Positions 1-9,893 of a stretch of DNA of 64,000 nt are shown one piece after another. Made by a program: the position numbers and the translations under genes. The notes under the pieces were generated by a model. That model was given only the letters and a program-made list of their open reading frames with translations, searched no databases and was not told the DNA's origin. Origin of the DNA: an uncultured delta proteobacterium (GTDB lineage: Bacteria; Myxococcota_A; Polyangia; Polyangiales; B10-G4); the NCBI GenBank assembly GCA_963727445.1, contig CAVSGI010000002.1, positions 64,001 to 128,000 on the forward strand, read 5' to 3'. Each line of letters opens with the position of its first letter. The first letter of the stretch is position 1.

Positions 1-63
1 AGCGTCACCACGATCGAAAGGCGGCCATGTCATGTCACCCGCGGCACACGGGCGAGCTGCGGC

Positions 64-801
64 TCAACGACGACCGTCGAGACCGGAGTGGCAGATGGCG
101 CACTTGGCGATGAGCTGGGCGTAGACACGCGCCTTGTCAGCGGGCTGACCCGCGTCGTGCGCCTCCTGGCCGAGCGCTCGGAGCTCCTCGAGGTGCGGGG
201 TGAGGGCCTCGGCATCCTCCTCCTCGCGGAGGGCCTCCGCCTGCTCCGGCGTCATGGGGTCCTCCATGATCGCTTCGGCACCGCGCTCCCACGCCTCGTG
301 CGAGGGGGCGGTGAGGCCGAGCCAGAGCTGATCGACGCCCCAGGCGTGGCGGTCCATCTCACCGCGGACGTTGTGCTCGTGAGGCGGCTGCTGCTCCGGA
401 GGAATGGCCGGGCCGCCCAGCGTGGTGCGGTGGCAGTCCGCGCAGCTCTCGGTGAGCGCGGCGACGGCGTTGGCAGCCGCCTGGATGTCCGCGACCTCGG
501 CGTAGCTCCCGGCCGAGTTCTGCATCTCGCCGACCCACTGCCGCCAGTCCCACGGCATGTCGTCACCATATTCGGTGGCGGCGATGCGCGCGAGCGGTGC
601 TCGGACGCCCTCGAGGTCACCGTTGATCACGGCGTCACGGGCCGCGGCGACGTCGGCGAAATGCTCCCGCATGTGCTCCGGCGCGGTTTCGGTGTCCGCC
701 GCTTGCTCGTCTTCAGCCGGCGGCGGCTCACTCGACTCGGTCTCCGTCGGAGTCTGCGTCCCGCCGCAACCGAGGAAAACGAGCAGGGCTGTCCATGTCA
801 T
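64..801 (-). CDS. Diheme cytochrome c lipoprotein (tandem cytochrome c'/class II-like helical domains)
   Basis: C-terminal part of ORF 64..2079. Begins MTWTALLVFLG-C (lipobox-like); alternative GTG start at 810. Two helical halves, each ending in CxxCH (CADCH, CAICH). Confidence 0.75.
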   Translation of the reverse strand: MTWTALLVFLGCGGTQTPTETESSEPPPAEDEQAADTETAPEHMREHFADVAAARDAVINGDLEGVRAPLARIAATEYGDDMPWDWRQWVGEMQNSAGSYAEVADIQAAANAVAALTESCADCHRTTLGGPAIPPEQQPPHEHNVRGEMDRHAWGVDQLWLGLTAPSHEAWERGAEAIMEDPMTPEQAEALREEEDAEALTPHLEELRALGQEAHDAGQPADKARVYAQLIAKCAICHSGLDGRR

Positions 802-863
802 GAATCGCACGGCACCTAGGTACACGCTGCACCGACAGACGCAACCCCGAAAATCCGTGGCCT

Positions 864-2819
864 TCAGCGGGCGAAGGGGTGGCAGCTCTGGCAGGTGCTC
901 GCGTCGGGGAAATGGCCCGTCGCCTTGTCCCGATGGCAGCTCACGCAAACGGAGCGTCGGGGTGGAGCGACCGAGTGACCGCGGTGACAGTCGGGGCAGC
1001 GCTGGTGCTGGGGCACCTGATGCTGAAGCGTCTCGGTGATGTGTTGATGACAGCTGGTGCAGGCGGGCGGGCTCTGGCCCACCGGCTGATGGCAGTTCTC
1101 GCAGGACGCGTGCGCGCCGGGCGCACCGGCGCCCGCGCGCGCTTGCTCCGCATGACACGACGCACAGGTGCCCCACCAGCCGCCCGCGGGGAAGGCGTGG
1201 TGAACCTGATGACACCCGGTGCAATCCCGATGGCGGCCGGTGTGCTCTCGCGACGTCTCTGCCTGATGACATCCGCGGCACGCGGGAACGTGACCCACGT
1301 CGTGCGCCGCGTGGCATCCGGAGCACGGTCCCGCGTGGATGCTGCCGGAAGGCCACGTCGCGTTGGCGTGCGCCACCTCGCCGTGGCAGCTGGCGCAGGC
1401 CGGCGTCTCGTCGAAATGGTGCGGCGTGTGGCAGGACGCGCAGACGCGGTGGGGCGGGGGGCTCTGACGGCTGGTCACCGTCCGCGCTTCCGTGCCGTGG
1501 CACCCGGCGCAGGCGGTGGTGCTCCGGCGCGTCGGATCGCCATGAGGATCGTGGCATGTCTCGCAGTCCTGATGCGGCGCCGGCTGATCCTCGAGCTCGG
1601 TATGGACGCCGGCGTGGCAGCCGTTGCACGCCGTTCGCGGGTTGGGGGCGCCGGCGTGCGCGTCGTGGCAGGCCAGGCACGAGCGATGCGCGTTGGGCGC
1701 GCCAGCGTGATGGATGTTCGAGTGGCACTCGACGCAGACCTCGGGGCCCGGAGGCAGCGAGTGTGGCTCGTGACACTGAAGGCACGCGTCGTGTCCGTTC
1801 ACCCGGGCGATGCCTGCCTCCTGATCCGTGTGGCAGGCGGCACATCCATTGGGATCGGCCCGGAAGACGTGCGGCGTGTGGCAGGTGCCGCAGCGTCCGT
1901 CGTGGGTGAGGCTCTGCGCGTCCACCGCGAGGCCAGCGTCGGAAGGTGACGTGGTGGCCGACGCCCAGAGGCTCTCGCCGCTGCGCCGCCGCTCTCCCGG
2001 CCTGGGCGGACGGTGACACCGGAGACAGCTCACCGCCGGCGCGTCGCGCGGGGGGTGGGCGGTATGACAGGAGGGGCACCCGCGATGTCCCTCGGTGCCG
2101 GCGGCGATGTCAGCGGACAGCACCCCACGGTGGCAATGAACGCAATCCGCCTGCCCCACTGCGCTCTCATGGGGGTTGTGGCAGGTGCGGCAGTCGCCCG
2201 AGTCGTGAACGCTGTCGGCCGGGAGCTCGGCGGTCCAGGGCGCGATCTCGAGGAGCGCACCCGACGGGTGCACCGGCTGCTCGGGGTGCTCCTCGGCGCG
2301 GAACCCGTGGCAGGTCACGCAGTCACCATCGCCGAGCTCGACGTGGGTGGTGAGGTCGCGGTGGCAATTCTGGCAGGCTGGGGTGATGGGGCCGCCGTGA
2401 ATCGCGTTGGCGTGGCAGGAGGTACAGGGGACGTTCGCGTCGACGTGCGCTCGGTGGCCGCGGGTCTGCATCTGCCGGCGCCATCCACGCGCGTCGCCCT
2501 CGTGACACTGGCGACAGGTGTCCGGGTCGACGTCACCGTGTTCCGGCGGGCTCTCGTCGCCGCGCAGCGCCGCAAATGCGAGGGAAAAGCGCTGATTTTT
2601 CGGAACGGGATGACAGCTCTGGCAGGCGAGCTCCTCGTGGTCTCCGAGATGGGCGCCGCCGTCGGCGTGACACCCGGTGCACGCGGCGCGATCGGAGGCC
2701 ATGCGCTCCTCGGCGCCGGGCGCCCAGCCGAAGGCGAGGATCGCCGCCGCGCCCAGGGCGACGATCGCCGTGCCCACGACGACGCGCCGCCGCGTCGACC
2801 AGTTGCCCTTCGCGCTCAT
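864..2819 (-). CDS. 29-heme multiheme cytochrome c with N-terminal membrane anchor/signal
   Basis: 651 aa with 29 CxxCH motifs counted by eye, many as H..CxxCHxxH..CxxCH pairs. N-terminal basic plus hydrophobic segment. ATGA overlap with the upstream gene at 2816-2819. Confidence 0.93.
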   Translation of the reverse strand: MSAKGNWSTRRRVVVGTAIVALGAAAILAFGWAPGAEERMASDRAACTGCHADGGAHLGDHEELACQSCHPVPKNQRFSLAFAALRGDESPPEHGDVDPDTCRQCHEGDARGWRRQMQTRGHRAHVDANVPCTSCHANAIHGGPITPACQNCHRDLTTHVELGDGDCVTCHGFRAEEHPEQPVHPSGALLEIAPWTAELPADSVHDSGDCRTCHNPHESAVGQADCVHCHRGVLSADIAAGTEGHRGCPSCHTAHPPRDAPAVSCLRCHRPPRPGERRRSGESLWASATTSPSDAGLAVDAQSLTHDGRCGTCHTPHVFRADPNGCAACHTDQEAGIARVNGHDACLQCHEPHSLPPGPEVCVECHSNIHHAGAPNAHRSCLACHDAHAGAPNPRTACNGCHAGVHTELEDQPAPHQDCETCHDPHGDPTRRSTTACAGCHGTEARTVTSRQSPPPHRVCASCHTPHHFDETPACASCHGEVAHANATWPSGSIHAGPCSGCHAAHDVGHVPACRGCHQAETSREHTGRHRDCTGCHQVHHAFPAGGWWGTCASCHAEQARAGAGAPGAHASCENCHQPVGQSPPACTSCHQHITETLQHQVPQHQRCPDCHRGHSVAPPRRSVCVSCHRDKATGHFPDASTCQSCHPFAR

Positions 2820-4119
2820 CGCTTCCTCCGTCGGGTCCGGAGGGTGAAGGCAACGCCGATCGCCAGCGCCACGATCGACAGCACGAGGTAGCGCGGTGGG
2901 ATCCCCTCCGCCGCGGGCGGTGCCTCGGCCGCCGGCGGTGCCTCGGGCGCCTGAGCCGCGAGGGCCGAGAGCGCGTCGGCCTTCTGCTTCACCTCGTCCA
3001 CGTCGAGGCGATGCACCGCGTCGCCGAGGGCGGCGCTGAGCGCGGAGGCCCGCTGGCGGAGAGCATCGTCGCCGCGGGCGATGCGCTCGCGCGCAGCATC
3101 GGCCTGCTCGAGGGCCTCACCGAGCGCGCCGATGCGCCCGTACACGTCGTCCGCCGGGCCGTGGCAGCGACGGCAGGCGGCCTCGCGCCCCGCGGTCACC
3201 AGGCTCGCATCGGCGCGGAGGATCTGGTGATTGCCGTGACACTCGACGCAATCGAGAAAACCGCGCGCGGCGAAGGCTTCGCGATGGGGTCCGGCATCGA
3301 AGGCCGCCGCCACTTCCTCGTGACAGCGCCCGCACGCGATCACCGCTTCTTCGGCCGAGACCCCACCATGCGGATCGTGACAGTCGGCACACGCCGGGCC
3401 GCCCCCCTCCCCGTCCGTGCGCTCGGCCCAGGCGGAGGCGTGCACGCTCCGGGACCAGTGCCCGAGCGGATCGGACGCGCTGCCGCTGCCATGACATCGC
3501 CCGCAGGTCGTCGGCACCCGCGTCCAGTGCACCGAAGAATCCGGATCGTCCGCCGCCGCCGGCCCATGCGGGTGGTGGCAGTCCCCGCAGATCGCCCCCG
3601 CGCCGCCCGACAGATACGACGCCGCGTGCGCCGACTCGGGAAAGTCGGCGAGCGTCTCCGGAGCGGCTCCCGTTCCCGCGTCCGTGCCCGTTCCCGTTCC
3701 CGCGTCCGTCGTCCCGTTCCCGTTCCCGCGTCCGTTCCCGTTCCCGTTCCCGCGTCCGTTCCCGTTCCCGTTCCCGTTCCCGTTCCCGTTCCCGCATCCG
3801 CCCCCAGTGCCGCCACCAACCCCTCCCACCTCTGAGCCACCCCCTCGTTCACGTGACAGGCGAGGCACGGCGCGACGGGGCGGGCGTGGAAGGGCGCGGC
3901 GTGGGCCGCGACGGTCGAGACGGGGGTGCCCGCGTGACAGCCGGTGCAATCCACGCCCTGTCCCCGATGGGGATCGGCGTCGAGGTCGAGCGCAGGAGCG
4001 CGCAGCGCCACTTTGCGGCGAACGCGGTGACAGTCGATGCAGGCGTCCTCAGCCTGCGCGACCGGCACGACGAGGAGGAGGCCCACGAGAGCCAGACACG
4101 CTTTGCTCGCGACGCTCAC
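2816..4119 (-). CDS. Nonaheme cytochrome c, signal peptide plus C-terminal TM anchor (apparent frameshift near 3711)
   Basis: GTG 4119 (GTGA overlap). Signal VSVASKACLALVGLLLVVPVAQA and 3 CxxCH lie in frame 3340..4956. After a G-T linker, 6 CxxCH, a helical region and TM+RRRKR lie in frame 2816..3949. Confidence 0.85.
3668..3800. repeat. Hexanucleotide (CCCGTT)n / CCCGCGTCCGTT low-complexity repeat encoding a (GT)n-DAG linker
   Basis: Tandem CCCGTT units are directly visible; the minus-strand translation is GTGTGTGTDAGTGTG. Confidence 0.9.
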
Positions 4120-5174
4120 GGGACGTGACACACCCGGCAAACCGCGTGGCGTTGGGGATCCATCGTCGCGCCGAAGCCCGGGGGATGCGGGTTCGAGGCG
4201 ACGCCGCCGACGCGGTGACAGGGGACGCAGGTCTGCGCGGCGTCCGCTTCGTGACAAGAGGCGCAGGCCATGATGTTGCGCCGCGCTTCGGCCGCGTGCC
4301 CGCGGGGGGAGAGCGGGTCGAGCCAGCCGGGCGGATGAGGGCTCGCCCCGGAGACGCTGCCGCCGATGCCGGCGGCGCTGTGACAGTCGTCGCAGAACGG
4401 CACACCGTGGCAGCGGAGACAGGTGCCCTGCTCCATGCGCGCCTCGAGCGCGTGGCGGGCGCGGAAGTCGCCGCGGTGGACGAAGTGGCGCGTGACGTTG
4501 GTCGGCTCGACGAGCTCGAGGGCGATGGGCGCCACCGAGGTCATGTGGCAATCCTCGCAGAAGGAGGGCTCGTGACACGAGGTGCAGAGCGCCTGTTCGG
4601 CGCGCGCCGCCGCCGCGTGGCCGCGAAGAAAGTCCGGCGGGTGTTGGTAGATCGCGATCTCCGCGATCGAGTACTCGTGGAGATCCACGTGACAGGGAAC
4701 GCAGCGGAGCTCGCGCAGCTCGGCCGAGTGACAGGAGTCGGTGCAGTCGGCCATCTCGGGCAGGTGCACGTCGAAGTCGGCGAGGCTCTGCTCGTCTCCC
4801 CGGCGGCCGTGACACGCCACGCACTCTCCGCGCATCGGCTCCGCGTGCTCCGCGTGATCGAAGCGCACCCGCCGATGGCGCCGCGGATAGGTCGCGGGCT
4901 CGCGTGGAACGGTGTGGCAGAACCTGCAGCGATCTTCGCCGCGCTCGCGATGACAATCCCGGCAGAGCTCCTCTGGCGGCACCAACGCGGCCAGCGGCCC
5001 GGCGTCCTCGGTGGCGCCGGGATGACAGGTCACGCAGGAGAGGTCGTCGCCGAGATGCGCGGCATGCGAAAAAATGATCCGGTCGCGCTCCGGCCGACTG
5101 TTGCGCGTGCAGCCGCTCGACAGAGCGAACAGCCCCAGGAGCACGAACGCCGCGCCGCTTCGAAGCGAGCTCAT
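4116..5174 (-). CDS. 13-heme cytochrome c lipoprotein (c3/c7-like, ExtA-type porin partner)
   Basis: MSSLRSGAAFVLLGLFALSSG-C lipobox; 12 CxxCH plus 1 CxxxCH (CTDSCH); FSHAAH/FDHAEH motifs; ATGA overlap at 5171-5174. Confidence 0.9.
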   Translation of the reverse strand: MSSLRSGAAFVLLGLFALSSGCTRNSRPERDRIIFSHAAHLGDDLSCVTCHPGATEDAGPLAALVPPEELCRDCHRERGEDRCRFCHTVPREPATYPRRHRRVRFDHAEHAEPMRGECVACHGRRGDEQSLADFDVHLPEMADCTDSCHSAELRELRCVPCHVDLHEYSIAEIAIYQHPPDFLRGHAAAARAEQALCTSCHEPSFCEDCHMTSVAPIALELVEPTNVTRHFVHRGDFRARHALEARMEQGTCLRCHGVPFCDDCHSAAGIGGSVSGASPHPPGWLDPLSPRGHAAEARRNIMACASCHEADAAQTCVPCHRVGGVASNPHPPGFGATMDPQRHAVCRVCHVP

Positions 5175-6548
5175 CGGACGTCCTTTGGCCGATAGGAGAA
5201 GCTGAGCTGACCGCGGAGCTCCGAGGCCACGATGGGCGATCGCGCCCAGTCGATGGACGCCCCCACGTTGAATCCGCCCTCGACCGGCCAATCGGCGCTG
5301 AAGCGAGTGAGTATCGACTCGCGTTCCACCGCGTCGTCGAGCCCCACCGCGGCCTGGAAGGCCACGATCACCCGCTCCCAGAGCGGCGGCAACGCCACCG
5401 ATCCCTGCAAGACGTTGAGCCCGACCACACTGTCGTCGCGGCGGGACAGACTGATGAAAGCGCGCAAGCCTGTGAGCACGTCGGCGTATCGCGCCACCGT
5501 TTCGAGGCGGTAGCCGACGTAGGCGCCGTTCATCGAATAGACGCGGAGCCCGGCGAGGCCGCGGAGCGACCAGTGGTCGGAGACGCGCAGGGTGGCCCCG
5601 CCGGCGACCTCGTCGAAGATGCTCGAGGCGAAGGCCGCGAGGATCGACCACGTCGGCAGAAGGCGCGTCGGATCGACGTGCTGCCATCCAGAGATCCGTC
5701 GTGAGCGACTGGCTGACCAGGAAGGTGGCGAGGAGGCTCGCCTGCTCGATCCCCAGCGAGCCCAGATCGAAGGCGACGTTGCCGCTGAGGTCGACCTCCG
5801 GGACGATGCGCCAGAGCGCGTCGGCCGCGAGGGTGCGGTCGGCGCTGATCCCCTCGGCGAAGCGATCGAGGTAGGACAGAGACGCGTTGAGGTGACCGGG
5901 GCTCGAGTAGCCCAGGCGGGCGCCGTAAGCGAACGTGGGCATCGAGTAATCGGGATGCTGGCCGAGGAGCCCACTGCGGCGCGGGGTGACGGGCCGGCCG
6001 ACGGCGGCCTCCGCGACCCATCCATCCGCGAGGCGCACCGCGGCGCCGCCGCCATCGAGGTGCACACCGCCCGGGATGCCCCAGGCGAGAAAGCGTCGCC
6101 CCGCCCACGCGCTCCCGACCCCGTAGCGACCCTCGACGTAGCCGATGGCGAAGTCCCCCGCCACGATCCCATCGTCCGAGGGGAAGGTGAGATCGAGCGA
6201 CCCCCAACCGGAGAAGTGCACGTCCACCGCGCCGTTCGCCAGATCGCGGGCGTCGAGGCTGACGCGCTCGTAGAGAGGCAGCTGGGCAATCCGTTGCCAA
6301 TAGCGCGTATTCGCATCGACCGAAAATGATTCGTCGACGGTGAAGACGTAGGCCGACTGGAAGCGCATCACGGTGTCCGAGCGAACGCGGATCCGCGCGG
6401 GGATCGCGTCGCTCTCCGCTGGCGGCGGCTGCTCCGGTCGCGTCGGTCCGTCCTCGCTCTCCCGGTCGGCCGTGTCCTGCGCACGCGAGAGCGTGGGGAC
6501 GAGCGCCGAAAGGACGGCGAAGCACGCGAGCAAGAGGCGCCCCCTCAC
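5171..6548 (-). CDS. Outer-membrane beta-barrel (porin of porin-cytochrome conduit); 1-nt insertion near 5690
   Basis: GTG 6548 with signal peptide (..LVPTLSRA-QD). Alternating beta-strand patterns (AYGARLGY, LNASLSY, FNVGASIDW, GQLSFSY). N-part in frame 4116..6665, C-part in frame 5171..6316; ~458 aa when joined. Flanked by multiheme genes. Confidence 0.8.
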
Positions 6549-8062
6549 GTGCCGTCTCCCGCGTCGATCACGCCGTCGACGTGCATCGCCCGGCCCGAGG
6601 CGCTGATGCGCGGCCCCGCGGGTGTTTCGCTGATCTCGCCCCCGTGGCAGAGCACCGAGGCGCACAGCCCGGGCACCGGATGGGTGTCCGCTGGAGGCAG
6701 ACCGTGGCAGGCATCACAGCGATCTGCGACCGCCTCGGGCTGCGCCCATCGCGGAGAGGGCACAGCACCTCCTTCGATACCCGCGCCATGGCAGGCGACG
6801 AAGCAGCTGGTGTCTACGGCTTCGAAGGTCGGCTCGGTGCCGCGCGCCATGGCGAGGCCGGAGAGCTCCACCTCCACCACGCCATTCAGATGTCCCGGCG
6901 CGTCGAGGCTCGACGGTACGCGGTGACACGAGCCGCAGGCGACCGGCAGCGCGATGGTGGGGTCTCGGTGCCCATCGTGGGCATCCCCGCGCGGCCACGC
7001 GTCGTCACCGCCTGCACCATGGCAGGCGCCGCAGCCGCCGCTTCCGTCGCCGACGTCGACCACGCCGTTGGCGTGAAGAGGCCCGGGCAAGAGCGCCGTG
7101 CCGTCGGCGTTCGCCTCGGCGTGACAGCAATCGCAGGTGCCCGGATAGTGGTCCGGAGGCGGGCTCGCATGACAGCTCTGGCAGTCGAGCGCCTCGGTGT
7201 CGGACCAGGCCGGCATGGGCCGGGTGCCGCCCTGGCCGTGGCAGTAGACGGCGCAGGTGCCGGTCTCCGGGTCGTAGCGCGCGTCCTCGCCGCCTGCGAG
7301 CGCGCTGAACGCGATCTCCACCACGCCGTCGCCGTGCAGCCCTCCCTGGCCGACGGTCGTGTCCCGCTCACCGTGACAGTCGGCACAATCGATCCCGGCC
7401 TCCGCGTGGGGCGCGTGGGCGCCAGCTACGCCCGCGGCGTCGCCGAAGAAGCAGGGATCGCGCGGTGGATAGGCCGCGTCGCCGTGACCGTGGCAGGTCG
7501 CACAGTCGAGGACGCCTTCCGGCGAGTCGTGGCAGCGTGTGCAGGGTGGTGCACCCGGCGCGACGCCGACGCCTTCGGGCCGAAAAGGAGCTCCGTCGTG
7601 ACATCGCCCGCACGCCCCCGGGCTCTCGGCGTCGTACATCGGATCCCAAGAGGCCGCGCGGAGCGCCGCACCGTGAAATGCGTCGGAGCGCGGGTCGGTG
7701 AAGCCCGGCGGGTGGGCAGCGCCGTAGCGATCGATGGCGCCCGCCTCGACCCACCTGCGCACATAGTCCGCGCTCAGGTCGCCGAGGAGGTCCGCGTGAT
7801 CGGGCTGGGAGAGCACGGCGATGATCGGAGCCGTCGCGTCCGCCGGTCGAACCGCGACGCGCCCGTCGGGCACGCAGTAGATGGTGTCGAGGTAGGTCTC
7901 GACCGAGTACCCGGCCGCCGGAGCGTCGCCGCCGTGACATTCGGCGCACGCTTCACGAAGCAGCTCACCCGCACTCGCCGCATAGGTCGGCGGCGGGTCC
8001 ATCGGGTCTTTCGTCTCGCAGCCGCCGACGACGATGATGGCGGCGAAGACGAGGGGCCTCAC
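6545..8062 (-). CDS. 13-heme cytochrome c lipoprotein with Geobacter-type CxxxxCH...CxxCH repeats
   Basis: GTG 8062, lipobox IIVVGG-C; 10 CxxCH, 2 CxxxCH (CAVYCH, CFVACH) and 1 CxxxxCH (CASVLCH); repeated HxNG/HxDG-VVxV and P.W motifs typical of this repeat. Confidence 0.88.
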   Translation of the reverse strand: MRPLVFAAIIVVGGCETKDPMDPPPTYAASAGELLREACAECHGGDAPAAGYSVETYLDTIYCVPDGRVAVRPADATAPIIAVLSQPDHADLLGDLSADYVRRWVEAGAIDRYGAAHPPGFTDPRSDAFHGAALRAASWDPMYDAESPGACGRCHDGAPFRPEGVGVAPGAPPCTRCHDSPEGVLDCATCHGHGDAAYPPRDPCFFGDAAGVAGAHAPHAEAGIDCADCHGERDTTVGQGGLHGDGVVEIAFSALAGGEDARYDPETGTCAVYCHGQGGTRPMPAWSDTEALDCQSCHASPPPDHYPGTCDCCHAEANADGTALLPGPLHANGVVDVGDGSGGCGACHGAGGDDAWPRGDAHDGHRDPTIALPVACGSCHRVPSSLDAPGHLNGVVEVELSGLAMARGTEPTFEAVDTSCFVACHGAGIEGGAVPSPRWAQPEAVADRCDACHGLPPADTHPVPGLCASVLCHGGEISETPAGPRISASGRAMHVDGVIDAGDGT

Positions 8063-8655
8063 GGCGCGACCTCCTCCGCCGTGGGCGGATCGGCCACGCC
8101 GGTGCCCTCGCGCGGCAGGTAACCGTCGAGGCGACTCTCGCAACGCCGCGCGGAGAAGCGACCGGCGACGCAGCTGTCCCGACCGTCGTCGAAGCACGCC
8201 CGGATCCGCCCCTGCGCACCCGAGGCTTCGACCTCGTCGAGGGCGAGCCGCAGGACGCCTTCACCCACGCCCACCCACCGGCCCTCCACGGGCTGCTCGT
8301 AATGGATCGAGACCGGCGACGCGTCGCCGTGGTCGACGGTGGTCTCCCCCGACGCAAGCGCCTCTGCGCCACTGAAGCGCACGAAGACCCGCCGCCCCTG
8401 ACGCACCACGGGCAATCCGCAGTCGTCGACGGTCTCTTCGGCGAAGAAGAGGTCGACGCGCGGGGCGCCGTTCATCCGAAAGATCCGGTAATAGACGTCC
8501 TTCGCTTCGAAGGGCGCGCCTGCGATGTTCCCTTCCACTCCGTCGCCGAGATCATCGAGGGAGAGGTCGGCGAGATTCTGGTCAGACCGTCCACTGCCAG
8601 CCGTGGGCTGCTCGCACGCCGAGAGGAGGAGCGCCGCGATCACGAAGCGCCTCAC
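8059..8655 (-). CDS. Hypothetical heme-free lipoprotein within cytochrome operon
   Basis: GTG 8655 (GTGA overlap), VRRFVIAALLLSA-C lipobox, beta-rich, 4 additional Cys, no CxxCH. Confidence 0.75.
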   Translation of the reverse strand: MRRFVIAALLLSACEQPTAGSGRSDQNLADLSLDDLGDGVEGNIAGAPFEAKDVYYRIFRMNGAPRVDLFFAEETVDDCGLPVVRQGRRVFVRFSGAEALASGETTVDHGDASPVSIHYEQPVEGRWVGVGEGVLRLALDEVEASGAQGRIRACFDDGRDSCVAGRFSARRCESRLDGYLPREGTGVADPPTAEEVAP

Positions 8656-9893
8656 GACGACGCCTCCCTCACCTGGCGAGAGACGAGTTGGCCCTCGGCC
8701 AGAGGAACGCCGACCTTGATCAGCACGGTGTAGAACGCGAGGCCCGTAGCCCAGACACCGGCGCAGACGGCGATCTCCGTGAGCGAGGGTGTGTACTCGT
8801 AGATCTGGCCGAGCGGCCCCGGGATGAAACCCGGGATCACCATTCCCATCCCTTTTTCGATCCACACGCCGACCACCGCCATCGCACAAGCGATGAGCAA
8901 GAGGGGCATCCGCCGACCGAGACCGGGAACGATGAAGATGGTGCACGCAGTGAGGTTGAGCGCGAGCGCCGTCCACACGTAAGGCACCAACTTGTGATGC
9001 CCTTCGAGCCCGAAGAAGAGGTAGCGCATCGACAGGCCGTGGATCGACGTGGAGAAGAGCTCGGTGAAGACCTCGGCGGCGAGGAGGAAGAGGTCCACCA
9101 CCATCGCGAGGGCGAGGATGCGCCTCAGCGTCTCGATCGCCTCCTGCCTGACCTCGACGCCGGCGTAGCGACGGATCGCCCACAGAGACAAGACGAAGAA
9201 GCTCGGCCCGGCGACGAAGGCCGACGAGAGGAAACGCGGCGCGTGCGCCGCGGAGTGCCAGAAGGGTCGCGCGCTCAGCCAGACGTAGAGGAAGGCGGTG
9301 ACGATGTGGAGCGCCACCGCCCAGACCGTTGCGCTGAGGAGCACGTTGCGCCAGCGAAGGCGGTCGATCTCCTTTCCACGGAAGCGCACCCAGAAGAACG
9401 TCGCGATCAGGGTCAGGTTGATCACGCCCCAACCGGAGAGCGCGACCACGTCCCAGGCCAGCATGGAGTGGGGGATGGACAGCCACCCACCGAGGAAAGA
9501 CGGCAACATGTGCCAGGCGCGCTCGGGATGGCCGATGTCCACCATCACGAAGAGCAGCGCCATGACCACCGCGGTGAGGGCGAGGTACATGCCCAGATAG
9601 ATCAATCGTGTGAGCTCCACGCGATCGAAGAGCAGCGCCGGGACGACGAGGATCACCGCCGCGTCGATGAGCCCGACGATGTAGGTGAAGTTCGCGATGT
9701 ACGCGCCCCAGGGCACGTGATCGCTCATGTTGGTGACGCCGAAGCCCTCGGTGATCTGATGGGAGTATGCCCAGCCGCCGATGGCCATCACCACGAAGAG
9801 CGCCGACAGCCACGCGTAGTAGAGCGGCGGCCCTTTGACCGCGCACTTCGCGAGAGCGGCGATCAGCTCGCCGGCTGTCTTCAGGCTCTTCAT
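8652..9893 (-). CDS. nrfD: NrfD/PsrC-family integral membrane quinol-interacting subunit
   Basis: ATG 9893; ~10 TM helices; motifs VPWGAYIANFTYIVG, DIGHPERAWH, RPFWHS, VWIEK, YTPSLTEI. Family-level call. Confidence 0.9.
   Translation of the reverse strand: MKSLKTAGELIAALAKCAVKGPPLYYAWLSALFVVMAIGGWAYSHQITEGFGVTNMSDHVPWGAYIANFTYIVGLIDAAVILVVPALLFDRVELTRLIYLGMYLALTAVVMALLFVMVDIGHPERAWHMLPSFLGGWLSIPHSMLAWDVVALSGWGVINLTLIATFFWVRFRGKEIDRLRWRNVLLSATVWAVALHIVTAFLYVWLSARPFWHSAAHAPRFLSSAFVAGPSFFVLSLWAIRRYAGVEVRQEAIETLRRILALAMVVDLFLLAAEVFTELFSTSIHGLSMRYLFFGLEGHHKLVPYVWTALALNLTACTIFIVPGLGRRMPLLLIACAMAVVGVWIEKGMGMVIPGFIPGPLGQIYEYTPSLTEIAVCAGVWATGLAFYTVLIKVGVPLAEGQLVSRQVREASS

Noticed and set aside
1..33. 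Possible start of a further operon gene (MTWPPFDRGDA) running off the window edge
   Set aside because: Only 11 codons are visible, so it cannot be supported; the cluster may continue leftward.
3668..3800. Phase variation of the 9-heme gene by slipped-strand mispairing
   Set aside because: The repeat unit is 6 bp, so slippage keeps the frame; the observed shift resembles the other scattered indel errors.
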